A stretch of 63,608 bases of DNA, the filler included, from Octopus bimaculoides (taxonomy: Eukaryota): NCBI RefSeq assembly GCF_001194135.2. It is 7 parts of 6 records of this genome, joined end to end, with 100 filler letters (N's around TTAATTAATTAA, not from the genome) between each part and the next. Parts side by side here need not be neighbours in the genome. Positions count along the whole stretch, not along the records: positions 39,901 to 50,692 come from NC_068985.1; positions 50,793 to 55,459 come from NC_068984.1; 5 more parts are not named here. The stretch is one strand, 5' to 3'. Shown here one piece after another: positions 39,801 to 53,569 of this stretch; position 1 is the first letter of the stretch, and the number at the start of each line of letters is the position of its first letter. The translations under genes and the position numbers were made by a program. The notes below the pieces were generated by a model. The model ran no database searches and was not told the origin of the DNA. It was given only the letters and a program-made list of their open reading frames with translations.

Positions 39801-42304
39801 NNNNNNNNNNNNNNNNNNNNNNNNNNNNNNNNNNNNNNNNNNNNTTAATTAATTAANNNNNNNNNNNNNNNNNNNNNNNNNNNNNNNNNNNNNNNNNNNN
39901 AAACAGAGAGAGAGAGAAACAGAGAGAGAGAGAGAAACAGAGAGAGAGAGAGAGAGAGAGAGAAACAGAGAGAGAGAAAGAAAGAGAATCTGTTTGTTTG
40001 TCTTGTGTGTGTGTGTGTAAGAGAGAGGAACAGAGAGAGAGAAAGAGAGAGAGAAAGAAAGAAAGAAAGAAACAAACAAACAAACAAACAAACAAACAAA
40101 GAATGCGTGTGTATTGGTGATGGCTACAGTAATCACAGTGACAAGTATAAGTCAGTGATTCTCAAACTGATGACAACCAGTATTCGCCCCACAACCGAAA
40201 CTGGTAAAATATTTTGCCCCCAACCTAACTCCCTCTTTCTTAATGGCTCGTAATGAGACGCAGTTTAGGGCAGCGATGTCAAATTCTCTTATACACCAGA
40301 TGTGCCATCAAAACTCTTGATTGGACCATATCAGGTGGGGGAGAAGAGCCATGCAAGGAACATGAAGAGAGCACAGCATAAAGACGGAAAATCACGGTGG
40401 TGCTCCAGCATGACTGCAGCCACTTAGCTGAAACCCATAAATAAATAAATAAATATATCTATATATATTTTGTTATTCAAAATAAAGGCTTCGAAAAACA
40501 AGAATAGAATTGGTACGCATTTAATGATTAGCTCTAGATTGGTGTTTAGTCCCAGGTCATCTGTGATCGAGAAGACAGATCTAAAATGAGAAGCATTCCT
40601 GTCGTGACCATCCTGTCTTTTCTTTCCTGAACAACCCTGACAACCCAGAACCATATTATCTAACGTGTCCTTTTGTAAAACGGTAACCGTGATGATTTGA
40701 GATCGATCCAACTGCTATTACTTGCACGCCTAGTGACCACATACAGTCTCTCTTTCCACTGGCTGAACGCTGTAGGCAGTATACCAAGAATCATAATCTA
40801 TATTTGCGATACAATGATTAATTCTGGTGAAGGTGGAGGTGTTGAGTAGTCGTGCCATGGTGGTCACGGTCATGGTATGGCATTGTGGTGGTAGTAGTAG
40901 TAGTAGTAATAGCAGCAGCAGTAGTTGTTGTTGTTGTAGTGGTGGTGGTGGTGATGGTGTGATGGGCATAATATGGTGTCGTTATAGTTCAGCTTCGCTT
41001 GAGCAGATCTCTAGTCAAAAGCGTTCCAACTATGACCATCCAGTTCTTTTTTTTTTTTGTATCTAACACTGTATTCCTTTATGTGTTACAGCCCAAAAGC
41101 TATGGCCATGCCAGGCACCGTCATTTAAACACAAAGATGCTTACAGCACCTAAGTTTCCCAAACGATCCCCTATCTAATTACAAGCCAGGCTCAACTCGT
41201 GACTACTTAGTTGAGTGACCGCTCGGAACTCGTGTGACAATAGTTATGCTCAATCAGAGCTGATCTGGCACAAATCAACATCAACAATGAATGTTTTGAC
41301 TGTGAAATGAAATTTGCTCGGAAATCCTATTTAGTGTATTCCTATTACAGGATAAAATCGACAGTTTATTTATTTATTCAATTTTTCGAAGATACAGAAA
41401 TTTACCAAACCAGTTTTCATATTAACGCTAGTTCGATCGATTTATAGTGATGTCCGTTTGGCTGCTGATGATGAGAATACACGTTTGTTATCCTTGATTG
41501 TTAATTTCTTGTGTCTTAGTCTTGTTATTCTAAGTTGTTCTTCATTCTTGTAAAGTGGAAAGTGTTTGTGGATTCGTAGTTTGTGGAGATCACTTACATT
41601 GGTATTGATTGATTTTCTTCATAGGTAATCTAATTAATTTGTGGCGGAAATATTCAACAATCACCCGTTGTCATGATTCATTAGATTCAACAAGATCTGA
41701 CCAATCACGACTTCGCGAGAAATAGGCTCCAGCGGGTAGTTTCATGTTATGACGCGCTTCTTACGGCACACCGTGACTACTAGCTATGGGATGCAGTACG
41801 GAGAGGGTTGAGAGACAGCTTAGCATTTAGTATGTGAGACGGAGAAGAATTGACATCATACCAGACACAGGAGACAGTATCAGAGCAGCAGCTAACAACA
41901 CTAAGCCAATGAACGATCGGTGACCGCAACACAACGACCAGCAACAAACCTTCTGTCTGCGGCTTCAACCACTTCAGCCCAACAACTTTTATCTCCAAAC
42001 TCTCTCGACAGTAACGACAGTATTTGGGGGGGGGGGGAGAATAGAAAAATTTTGTTTATCAAAAATTGCAACAGATTCCAGTTTTCTTCTGTGTACAAGA
42101 CTCAGCTAATGCTTAGATATCGGTGTCTAGCTTTATGGGGATTTTTGTGGAATGTAACAACTAATCCATTAATGTAATTATTTTTTCAAATATCTCGGAA
42201 CATTTCAGCGACTCCTAAATTATGGTTATATAAATGGTTGTTCTTTGTTCCTCTGGCAAACAGAAAAGTGAAACACGCAGTTATATTAGTGAAATCTCAC
42301 TAAT

Positions 42305-42500
42305 ATGCTGGCAGAATCGTTAGCGTCCCGGACAAAACACTTAGTCCATATTCTACGTTCTAAGTTCAAATACCGCCGTGGTCGACTTTGACTTTCATCC
42401 TTTTCAGGGTCGATAAATTAATGCCAATTGAGTCTTGAAATCGATGTAATCTACGAGCACCTTGCCCTCAGAATTTCAGGCTTTGCGCTTATTGGTGAAG
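42305..42500 (+). mobile_element. SINE family B
   Basis: ccgtggtcgactttgactttcatccttttcagggtcgataaatt. Confidence 0.75.
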
Positions 42501-42676
42501 TTTCAGGATCCATTAAATATCATTTCTCTACTCTTTCTATTGGTTACCGTTTTTTGTTGTTGTTGTTGTTGTTTATATTTTTTGCTCTAACGTGCATTGT
42601 GTGCGTGTATGTGTGCATGTTTGTGTATGTGTGCGTGTGCTGCTGTTGTGTGTGTATGTGTGTGTATGTGTGTGTA

Positions 42677-42724
<48 letters not shown>

Positions 42725-42864
42725 GTTGTTGTTGTTTCTATTGCTGAATGTCCGTAACAGCATTTTTGCAAATGTCATTTGACTCATTGTTCAGATTCAC
42801 AAACTTACGTACAGACAATTTCCATTGCATTTTTTTTGTTCATGAGGGCGATGATGATGATGAT

Positions 42865-42921
<57 letters not shown>

Positions 42922-43413
42922 TGTGGTGGTGGTTTAACCCTCAAATAAGTCCTGATTGAGCAGAGGCACTCCAGCCGTAACCATACTGACGCGATGGCCA
43001 CAACAGGAATTATCTAACGCATTCTATCCTTTATTTAAAACAACGTGAGATGACTGGATTTGGGAATAACTGCTATTTCTAACAGTTCTGATGACCACAT
43101 TGAGAATTGTTCGTGCGTTGTTGCAACACAGTTGGTTGTTCTTGTTCAATTGTTTCGTTAATTGCTATTGTATACACGGCATGGTTCAACAATTTCAGAT
43201 CTTACGTCTTTAGTCGAAAGGATTTTTATTATTATTACTATTATTATTTTCAAAAATATAGTAAGCCCGATGTAGTTTTGCATGTTAATGACGAAAATCG
43301 TACGGATTCTTTTTTTTTTTCTATTGAAATTAATAATAAAGTTACAAGCATTTAAAGTTATGTAATTTTAGCCAATCGAAAACCGCCATAATAATCGTAT
43401 TTAGTGTCAGTTT

Positions 43414-43472
<59 letters not shown>

Positions 43473-43559
43473 TGATGTTTTTGCTACCGTTCATGTTTTT
43501 TTATTTGTGATTACTATTGTTATTGCTCTGTTCTCTTGATATTCGTCGCTTTCGTTATT

Positions 43560-44450
43560 ATAATTTGCTTTTGGTTGTTGCTGTTATTATTGTTGTTGTG
43601 GTTGTTGTTGCTGCTGTTGTTTTTGTTGTTGTTGTTGTTGCTGCTGTTGCTGCCGCCGCTTCTGTCGTTGTTGGAACATCAAAGCGAATCAACACAATAA
43701 CATAACATTGTCTGTCGGGCTGAATAGGCTCAAAGGTTGGATTCGTCTTTTGCACATTTGACGAGTCGCCGAATGAACTAAAAATTCCCAGCACCAGACG
43801 ACAGCCTTACATCATCATCAGCAGAAGCAGCAGCAGCAACAACAACAACAACAACAGCAACAACAACTAAAAAAAAAATGCACTCATAACCACCACCTCC
43901 ATTACCAGAATCACATTAACTACACCACCACCACCATTACCAAAACCATCACTACCACCACCTTCACCAAAACTACCACCACCAACACCCCCTACACCAT
44001 CATCACCAATCCCCACACCTCCACCATCACGACTACTACTACTACCACTACTACTACTACTACTATTGTTGCTGCTGCTGCTACTGCTACTACTGCTACT
44101 ACTACTACTACTACTACAACCGCTGGCACCATAAACACCACCACCACCACCATCATCATCATCACTACCACCAACAACAAAACACTGGCAATCACCACCA
44201 ACACTGCCAACATCACCATCAACAGCGATGCTATTACGACTACAACTACTGCTATCGCCACCGTTACCACCACAACCGCACCACTTCACACACCATCACA
44301 CCACCACCACCACCACAGCCGCACCACATCACACCCCATCACACCGCTACCACTACTGCCGTCACCATAACCACCACCACCACCACCACCGCTACCACCA
44401 CCACCATCACCATGATATCACCATTACCACCTTCGTACTACCACCACTGT
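43560..44450. repeat. Low-complexity compound trinucleotide tract (GTT, CAA, CAC, CAT, CTA)
   Basis: Directly visible; source of the poly-V/H/T/G/S pseudo-ORFs. Confidence 0.9.
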
Positions 44451-44824
44451 AGAAAATATGCACTTAGGATGCATATTTTGTGTAAGGAAGGGCAAAGTGA
44501 CTTCATGCAGAAGGTTGATAGGTTGGCAAGGAGACTGTGGAGGGAGGGTGTAGAGGGACATGGACGTGTGGGGGATGAGGGTGATGTACCAGAGCAGGGT
44601 GGCGGTGGATTTGAGTTTTTTTTTTTTGAGATTTTATGGTATACTTGTGGATAAGAGACAATGAATGGGGAGGTGAGGATAGTTAGGTGTAGGAGAAAAA
44701 AGCACAGTCAAATAATTTGAACACACACACATACGTACGCACACATATACATGTACATACGCACACGGATACATACATGCAGATAGACATAGAAGCATAC
44801 TTCCATCAAGCAGTTACAGATAAT

Positions 44825-45035
44825 TGTGAGCACACGTCGGGCGAAATGCTTAGCGGTATTTTGTCTACCGTTACGTTCTGAGTTCAAACTCTGCCGAGGT
44901 CGACTTTGCCTTTCATCCTTTCGGGGTTGATTAAATAAGTACCAGTTACACACTGGGGTAGATGTAATCGACTTAAACCCCTTGCTTGTTCCCTCTATGA
45001 TTAGACCCCTGTGGGCAATAAAGAAATAAATTAAT
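44825..45035 (+). mobile_element. SINE family B, near full length
   Basis: gggcgaaatgcttagcggtattt..gaggtcgactttgcctttcatcctttcgggg..aagtaccagttacacactgggg. Confidence 0.85.
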
Positions 45036-46285
45036 GGAATTGTAGAAAAATGTAAAACATTCCAGAACTTTAGCATGTAATATGTACATCTATCTATCTA
45101 TCTATCTATCTATCTACCTATCTATCTATCCGACGATCAATCTGTCTACCTGTTTGTCTATCTAATATATATATACATATATANNNNNNNNNNNNNNNNN
45201 NNNNNNNNNNNNNNNNNNNNNNNNNNNNNNNNNNNNNNNNNNNNNNNNNNNNNNNNNNNNNNNNNNNNNNNNNNNNNNNNNNNNNNNNNNNNNNNNNNNN
45301 NNNNNNNNNNNNNNNNNNNNNNNNNNNNNNNNNNNNNNNNNNNNNNNNNNNNNNNNNNNNNNNNNNNNNNNNNNNNNNNNNNNNNNNNNNNNNNNNNNNN
45401 NNNNNNNNNNNNNNNNNNNNNNNNNNNNNNNNNNNNNNNNNNNNNNNNNNNNNNNNNNNNNNNNNNNNNNNNNNNNNNNNNNNNNNNNNNNNNNNNNNNN
45501 NNNNNNNNNNNNNNNNNNNNNNNNNNNNNNNNNNNNNNNNNNNNNNNNNNNNNNNNNNNNNNNNNNNNNNNNNNNNNNNNNNNNNNNNNNNNNNNNNNNN
45601 NNNNNNNNNNNNNNNNNNNNNNNNNNNNNNNNNNNNNNNNNNNNNNNNNNNNNNNNNNNNNNNNNNNNNNNNNNNNNNNNNNNNNNNNNNNNNNNNNNNN
45701 NNNNNNNNNNNNNNNNNNNNNNNNNNNNNNNNNNNNNNNNNNNNNNNNNNNNNNNNNNNNNNNNNNNNNNNNNNNNNNNNNNNNNNNNNNNNNNNNNNNN
45801 NNNNNNNNNNNNNTATGTATATGTAGTAAATTTAGATTCAGTAGGGTATATAATACCACTTACTAAATTAGAGCCAAAGCTCCAAAAATCACCATAGACT
45901 CACGATAAAGATATACACGTGCAATGCAATGAACATATGAGAAATAGGCTTACCTTTGCCTTGAATACATCAGTAAGTAATGTATATTTCAATATCAATT
46001 GATTTCACGCTTTGCATGACAAACATACCGATTTTCAGCTGAAAATAACATTTTAACATCTATTTCTAAAATATTCACTACATTAGCTCGTGTGCGTTTA
46101 TATACAGAAGGGTACTATATACCCTGCAGAATCAAAATTTAACTTATATTGTGCCTGTAACGGTGTGAACTTGCTAGCTGCCTTATTATTACCCTATTAC
46201 CTTATTAATACTATTAATAAAGGCAATAATACTTCTATATATGTGTGTATATATATATATGTATATATATATGTATATATATATG

Positions 46286-46343
<58 letters not shown>

Positions 46344-46477
46344 CATATATATGTACATACACACACACAAACACACACACACTCTCAAAATTTTATGTAG
46401 ACGCATACACATTTCAAATTCAGAATCACACATGCAAACAGATATAAGCATGCGCGCGCACACTCACACGCACACAC

Positions 46478-46511
<34 letters not shown>

Positions 46512-46919
46512 ACATATGGGCATACCTATATGCCTGTGTGTTTTTTCTATGTGTGCATATATATATGTGTGTGTGTATGCGTCTATAAGTATATATTCAG
46601 TGTGTTTGTGTGTGTGCATGCGTGAGTATGAGCGTGTGCGTGTGCGTGCGTACATGCGTGTTTTGTGTGGATATACGGCAGGTTTTTCAGCTCCTTTCTT
46701 GCAATCATTTCTTCCCCTTCGGAAATTTTACCAAATTCTTGCTATTCTCTGGACAGACTACCAAATTCTCCATACCTTTTACCATTGCATTTTCACTTTT
46801 CTTTCTTTTACAGAATCCAAACTTTTTCCCCATTTTCAAATTTTAGTTTAAACTTTGTCTCTTTGTTAAAAAAAAAAAATCAACGTTTTCCCACCCCCTG
46901 CTTACTCTTGTTTTTCACT

Positions 46920-47371
46920 TAAACACATCAATAACACCTTCAACCTTGCTCTTTCCATCTCGTGAACTTCATCAAAGCCTTTATTCAATCACGTTCGCGC
47001 TCACATCATGGCGTACTTTCACACCAATCAATGAACGATCATACACTTCAACCTCACTTCCTCTGACCAATGCAGCTATCCTTCTACACTTACACACCTC
47101 TAAACACATACATGCACCTCACTAACACACACATACATCACATCTTATACTTCCTTTCAAGGACCAATACACACTCTTATACTTGTATCTTGTACTCGCC
47201 CCTTCTTCCTTCCTTGGCTCTATCCTAGAACAGCATTTGCATCTGGTTTCCAGCATTCGATTTTCCCCCACACAACATTGTCACTCTTTCTCACTTTCTC
47301 TACGCTTCTCTTTCTACTGATGAAGGACTAACGTCCGAAATGTTGGGATATTTTTCTCTGTGATTAAAGCG

Positions 47372-47375
<4 letters not shown>
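46920..47375 (+). mobile_element. PLE-terminus-like element ending in a hammerhead motif (47313-47348)
   Basis: CTGATGA-A-GGAC-TAAC-GTCC-GAAAT-GTT-GGGA preceded by a pyrimidine-rich tract. Confidence 0.6.
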
Positions 47376-47448
<73 letters not shown>

Positions 47449-47518
47449 NNNNNNNNNNNNNNNNNNNNNNNNNNNNNNNNNNNNNNNNNNNNNNNNNNNN
47501 NNNNNNNNNNNNNNNNNN

Positions 47519-47592
<74 letters not shown>

Positions 47593-48534
47593 TATATTTC
47601 TTTATCTCAGTTTTATCAGTTACAATTTTCAAACTGTAATAACAACTCAAAAATAAAAAGGTAATAATTCTCAAAATGCAGAAAGTAGAAGACACTAAAG
47701 AACAAAAACAGATGAAAAACTGCTAAACCTAAACAAATATTAAAAAAAAAATACAAATACTAACACAAAAAAGACAAATCCTGTAAGAACCGAAAAACCA
47801 ATAAACAAAACATAAACCGAACTCAAAAGAAAACCTTCGATAACTATTTAAAAATACTCAAAGTAAGAAAAAGAAAAAAGTTAATAAAAAAAATCTGATA
47901 CTAAAATATAAAAATAAGAAAAAAAGTAAACTCATGAACTGAATGACTCCTAAATAAAATAATAAAACTTTAGTATCCTCGACTCTCTAAAACCTTCAGG
48001 CAAATAAAAAGAAATCAAAGCGAATATTCTACATATCTAATCAAAAATTGCATTCTTTGAATAATTTATATGTATAGATTATAGATTTAATCCAAATCTC
48101 GCTATCGCGAGAATTCCGTTGTTGGGCTCGAGATATAGTCTATCTTCTAAAACTTAATAAAGAGATTTATTGTGTCTCCAGGTCGTATGTTCAATCTGCT
48201 GCCTCAACATCTTTATATATTTTATTTCATTAATTTATTTTTGTTTTATTTACTTATTTTCTTTTATGTTTTTATCATCAAAAAGGCTCTATATTTTATT
48301 CATATCATTCTTTTATCAAATTTGCTTTTACACATGCATATTTGTATATACATATGTATGCATACATGTAAGCATTCATATATGCATACATGCCTGTATG
48401 TATGTATGTACATACATACACACACATACACACACACACATTTATAGATAGATAGACATCTGTGTGTACACAATATGTTAATGATAGTAAGTCGAACATC
48501 TGTGTATGCATGTATGTATGATTATGTGTGAATG

Positions 48535-48606
<72 letters not shown>

Positions 48607-48964
48607 ACGAATCCCCAAACTTAAACTTGGAAGTATATAATAATACTACCAGATAATACTGGACAATTTTGAAGGTCTACGAGCTTTATACTGTACTCTA
48701 CCACGTTCCTAACGGAATATAACATNNNNNNNNNNNNNNNNNNNNNNNNNNNNNNNNNNNNNNNNNNNNNNNNNNNNNNNNNNNNNNNNNNNNNNNNNNN
48801 NNNNNNNNNNNNNNNNNNNNNNNNNNNNNNNNNNNNNNNNNNNNNNNNNNNNNNNNNNNNNNNNNNNNNNNNNNNNNNNNNNNNNNNNNNNNNNNNNNNN
48901 NNNNNNNNNNNNNNNNNNNNNNNNNNNNNNNNNNNNNNNNNNNNNNNNNNNNNNNNNNNNNNNN

Positions 48965-49014
<50 letters not shown>

Positions 49015-49464
49015 CTTGTGTGAGTGTATGCTTGTGTGCTCGGCGTGCTAACATTTCTGCCAGCTCGCCGCCTTAACAACAACAATAACAAGTATACAAC
49101 AACAATAATAATAAGTACACAATCACACCATAATTACTGCCACCACCACTATCTCTAATAACAAGGTCAGCAACGACAACAACAACTATAAACAAATCAT
49201 CAGATCCCCCCCTCACACACACACACACACACAAAATCAATAAAACAGCTACAACATCATAAGATGAAAAGTAACAACAACAACAACAACAACGGCGACG
49301 ACAGTCATAATATCGCGCGCCACTAGGGCTAGAAATAATAGCCAAATTTGCCAAGAATCAAAGACACATTTGGAAAATGTTGTTCTCGGTAAACAGTCTG
49401 TCGAAAGAAAAACAGAAAGAAAAAGATAAGATGGCCATGGTTGGGATGTGTATTTTCCTCATAG

Positions 49465-50012
49465 TCGCAGGTGTAGCTGTGTGGATAAGAACCTTATTTC
49501 TCAACCATGTGGTTTCTGGTTCAGTCCCGTTGTGCGGCACTTTGAACAAGTGTCTTCTCTATCTCTGGGCCAAAACCACGTGAGTGGAGTTGGTAGACGG
49601 AAACTGAGAGAAACCCGTCACACACACACACGTATGTATGTATGTATGTATGTATGTATGTATGTATGTATGTATGCATACACACATGTATATATATATA
49701 TATATACACATACACATATCTATAGATATAGTTATTCATAAGCGTGTGCACATCTATGTGTATTTGTGTCGTTTATCCCTCATCACCGCTTAACAACCAG
49801 TGTTGGTTAATTTACGTCTCCATAACTTAGCGGTTTGGAATAACAGCCCGATAGAACAAGTAACAAACTTTAAAAAAAAACAAAACAAAAAAAAAACAGG
49901 GGCGAAACCAAAAACAAAACAAGAACAAGTACTGCGGTCGATCTGTTCGACTGGAACCCTTCATGGCAGTGCCCCAGCATGGCCGCAGTCCAATGACCGA
50001 AATAAGTTAAAG
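49465..50012 (+). mobile_element. SINE family A, full length with expanded internal microsatellite
   Basis: Head, (CA)(TATG)(TA) tract, and tail ...cagcatggccgcagtccaatgaccgaaataagttaaaga. Confidence 0.85.
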
Positions 50013-50462
50013 ATATTTATTAAAAGATGGATTTTACTCAATTAGTGTTGACCCAGGGTTAAACAACATTCTTTCCCCTCCACTATCACCACCACCACCA
50101 CCACCACAACTACCACCACCACCACTACCACAACCACCACCACTGCCGCCGCCATTTAAAACAACAACAACAATAAGAAGTACAGCAAATGCAATTACAA
50201 GTTACAACAACAATATTAAATATATAATTAAGCTACAGATCAAAGACTGCTGCTGAGTCAATGCCGCAACTTGACACCTAACAATTGACTCGCTCAACAA
50301 TCCTGTTACTTCTAACATCAATTGAACAAGCGATGAAAAAATCTCCTCCTTACCCCACCACCCCACTTCTCCTACTTCTCCTACTCCCTTCTTTCCTCTC
50401 TCTCTCTCCTTCTCTGTTTTTTCTTTTTCCCTCTCTCTTTCTCATTGGGTGTTTGCGTATTG

Positions 50463-50500
<38 letters not shown>

Positions 50501-50654
50501 ACATATATATACACGCACATAAGCACGTATGCATATATATATATATATATATATATAAATATATACACGCACACATATATATATCTACGTGTGTAGGAAT
50601 ATATGTACTCACACACACACACACATTTGCAGATATACATTTACAATGTGTGTG

Positions 50655-50692
<38 letters not shown>

Positions 50693-50792
50693 NNNNNNNN
50701 NNNNNNNNNNNNNNNNNNNNNNNNNNNNNNNNNNNNTTAATTAATTAANNNNNNNNNNNNNNNNNNNNNNNNNNNNNNNNNNNNNNNNNNNN

Positions 50793-50842
<50 letters not shown>

Positions 50843-51010
50843 TGTGTGTGTGAGCATGTGTGTGTGTGTGTGTGTGTGTGCTCGCGCGCGCGCATATGTC
50901 TGTATATACATGTATTATAGGCAGGAGTTACAAATAAATTCAAGGGTTAAGAGTTCGTGCATTGGCAAGCGTATTCATGTGTGTACTTATATATATACAT
51001 ACATATATAA

Positions 51011-51063
<53 letters not shown>

Positions 51064-51977
51064 NNNNNNNNNNNNNNNNNNNNNNNNNNNNNNNNNNNNN
51101 NNNNNNNNNNNNNNNNNNNNNNNNNNNNNNNNNNNNNNNNNNNNNNNNNNNNNNNNNNNNNNNNNNNNNNNNNNNNNNNNNNNNNNNNNNNNNNNNNNNN
51201 NNNNNNNNNNNNNNNNNNNNNNNNNNNNNNNNNNNNNNNNNNNNNNNNNNNNNNNNNNNNNNNNNNNNNNNNNNNNNNNNNNNNNNNNNNNNNNNNNNNN
51301 NNNNNNNNNNNNNNNNNNNNNNNNNNNNNNNNNNNNNNNNNNNNNNNNNNNNNNNNNNNNNNNNNNNNNNNNNNNNNNNNNNNNNNNNNNNNNNNNNNNN
51401 NNNNNNNNNNNNNNNNNNNNNNNNNNNNNNNNNNNNNNNNNNNNNNNNNNNNNNNNNNNNNNNNNNNNNNNNNNNNNNNNNNNNNNNNNNNNNNNNNNNN
51501 NNNNNNNNNNNNNNNNNNNNNNNNNNNNNNNNNNNNNNNNNNNNNNNNNNNNNNNNNNNNNNNNNNNNNNNNNNNNNNNNNNNNNNNNNNNNNNNNNNNN
51601 NNNNNNNNNNNNNNNNNNNNNNNNNNNNNNNNNNNNNNNNNNNNNNNNNNNNNNNNNNNNNNNNNNNNNNNNNNNNNNNNNNNNNNNNNNNNNNNNNNNN
51701 NNNNNNNNNNNNNNNNNNNNNNNTTCAAACTTTTTCCCATTAAATTCATTACCTTTTCTCGAGAACACCACTCCATTCTGACCAATCGTATTGTTTCTCC
51801 GTTTTTCTTTTTAGTCGATAGTCACCCCTAGCAACGATCTCTGACGTAGTATTATATCTTTCATTTCCTATTGATAGTATTTGGTTACACGGTAAAAATG
51901 CTTCTATTGGAGTTTTGTTTACATGACTCAGTCCATTTGTACATAAAAAATAGCAATTATTTATACAATATTATAAT

Positions 51978-52286
51978 CAGTGGCGGACTGACCAGGTTGC
52001 CAGCTTGCCCGATGGCAAATGGGCCCTTGCGCCATTAGAATCAATATATAGGGGCCTATGTTAGTATCTAAGGGGCCCATCCCCTCATGTTTGGGAATTT
52101 TTCATTCACTCCTCGAAAAATGCATTATTTCAGCCTGGCTGTGTTTGTTGACAATTGATAAGGAATACTTATAACAAAAAAAAAATTAAACGATAGTATT
52201 ATAGTTGAGGATGGGCCTCCTTGTAGTTGCGGGTGGTTCCCCTTAGTCTCCTGGCAACCAATAATTTTAGACTCAACCCGCCACTG
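51978..52286. mobile_element. hAT-superfamily MITE, 309 bp
   Basis: TIR CAGTGGCGG...CCGCCACTG; 8-bp TSD ATTATAAT at 51970-51977 and 52287-52294; subterminal inverted pair GGTTGCCAG (51995) / CTGGCAACC (52251). Confidence 0.85.
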
Positions 52287-52434
52287 ATTATAATCCACCC
52301 CTACATGTATTCAAAAGCGTTTTCAAAATATAAAAACTAAAATTTAATTTACTTCCACAAAACTACTGAAGCTACCTTACATAAATCAATCTCTTCACCA
52401 TTCCATAAATTTCATTACATCATACATACTCTCT

Positions 52435-52658
52435 TTACTCACTTGTTTCAGTCATTTCACTGCGGCCATGCTGGAGCACCGCCTTTAGTCGAGCAAATCG
52501 ACCCCAGCACTTATTCTTTGTAAGCCTAGTACTTATTCTATCGGTCTCTTTTTGCGGAACCGCTAGGTTATGGGGACGTAAACACACCAGCAACGGTTGT
52601 CAAGCAATGATGGGGCGACAAACACAGACACACAAACACACATACATATATATATATA

Positions 52659-52689
<31 letters not shown>
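52435..52689 (-). mobile_element. SINE family A 3' half (young, well preserved)
   Basis: Closely matches the other family A tails; runs into (TA)n and a gap. Confidence 0.9.
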
Positions 52690-53524
52690 NNNNNNNNNNN
52701 NNNNNNNNNNNNNNNNNNNNNNNNNNNNNNNNNNNNNNNNNNNNNNNNNNNNNNNNNNNNNNNNNNNNNNNNNNNNNNNNNNNNNNNNNNNNNNNNNNNN
52801 NNNNNNNNNNNNNNNNNNNNNNNNNNNNNNNNNNNNNNNNNNNNNNNNNNNNNNNNNNNNNNNNNNNNNNNNNNNNNNNNNNNNNNNNNNNNNNNNNNNN
52901 NNNNNNNNNNNNNNNNNNNNNNNNNNNNNNNNNNNNNNNNNNNNNNNNNNNNNNNNNNNNNNNNNNNNNNNNNNNNNNNNNNNNNNNNNNNNNNNNNNNN
53001 NNNNNNNNNNNNNNNNNNNNNNNNNNNNNNNNNNNNNNNNNNNNNNNNNNNNNNNNNNNNNNNNNNNNNNNNNNNNNNNNNNNNNNNNNNNNNNNNNNNN
53101 NNNNNNNNNNNNNNNNNNNNNNNNNNNNNNNNNNNNNNNNNNNNNNNNNNNNNNNNNNNNNNNNNNNNNNNNNNNNNNNNNNNNNNNNNNNNNNNNNNNN
53201 NNNNNNNNNNNNNNNNNNNNNNNNNNNNNNNNNNNNNNNNNNNNNNNNNNNNNNNNNNNNNNNNNNNNNNNNNNNNNNNNNNNNNNNNNNNNNNNNNNNN
53301 NNNNNNNNNNNNNNNNNNNNNNNNNNNNNNNNNNNNNNNNNNNNNNNNNNNNNNNNNNNNNNNNNNNNNNNNNNNNNNNNNNNNNNNNNNNNNNNNNNNN
53401 NNNNNNNNNNNNNNNNNNNNNNNNNNNNNNNNNNNNNNNNNNNNNNNNNNTATATACAAACACACACATACACATATATACAAACATACATACATATGTA
53501 CATGCATACATACACACATATACA

Positions 53525-53569
<45 letters not shown>

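Noticed and set aside
40166-40210. CTGATGA...CGAAACTGGTA, and a CAGTGATTCTCAAACT hAT-like end at 40153
   Set aside because: Stems I and II cannot pair; no matching right TIR or TSD was found for the hAT-like end
41920-42177. 85-aa ORF MTATQRPATNLL... as a possible exon
   Set aside because: Non-ATG start, no recognisable domain and no supporting neighbouring exons
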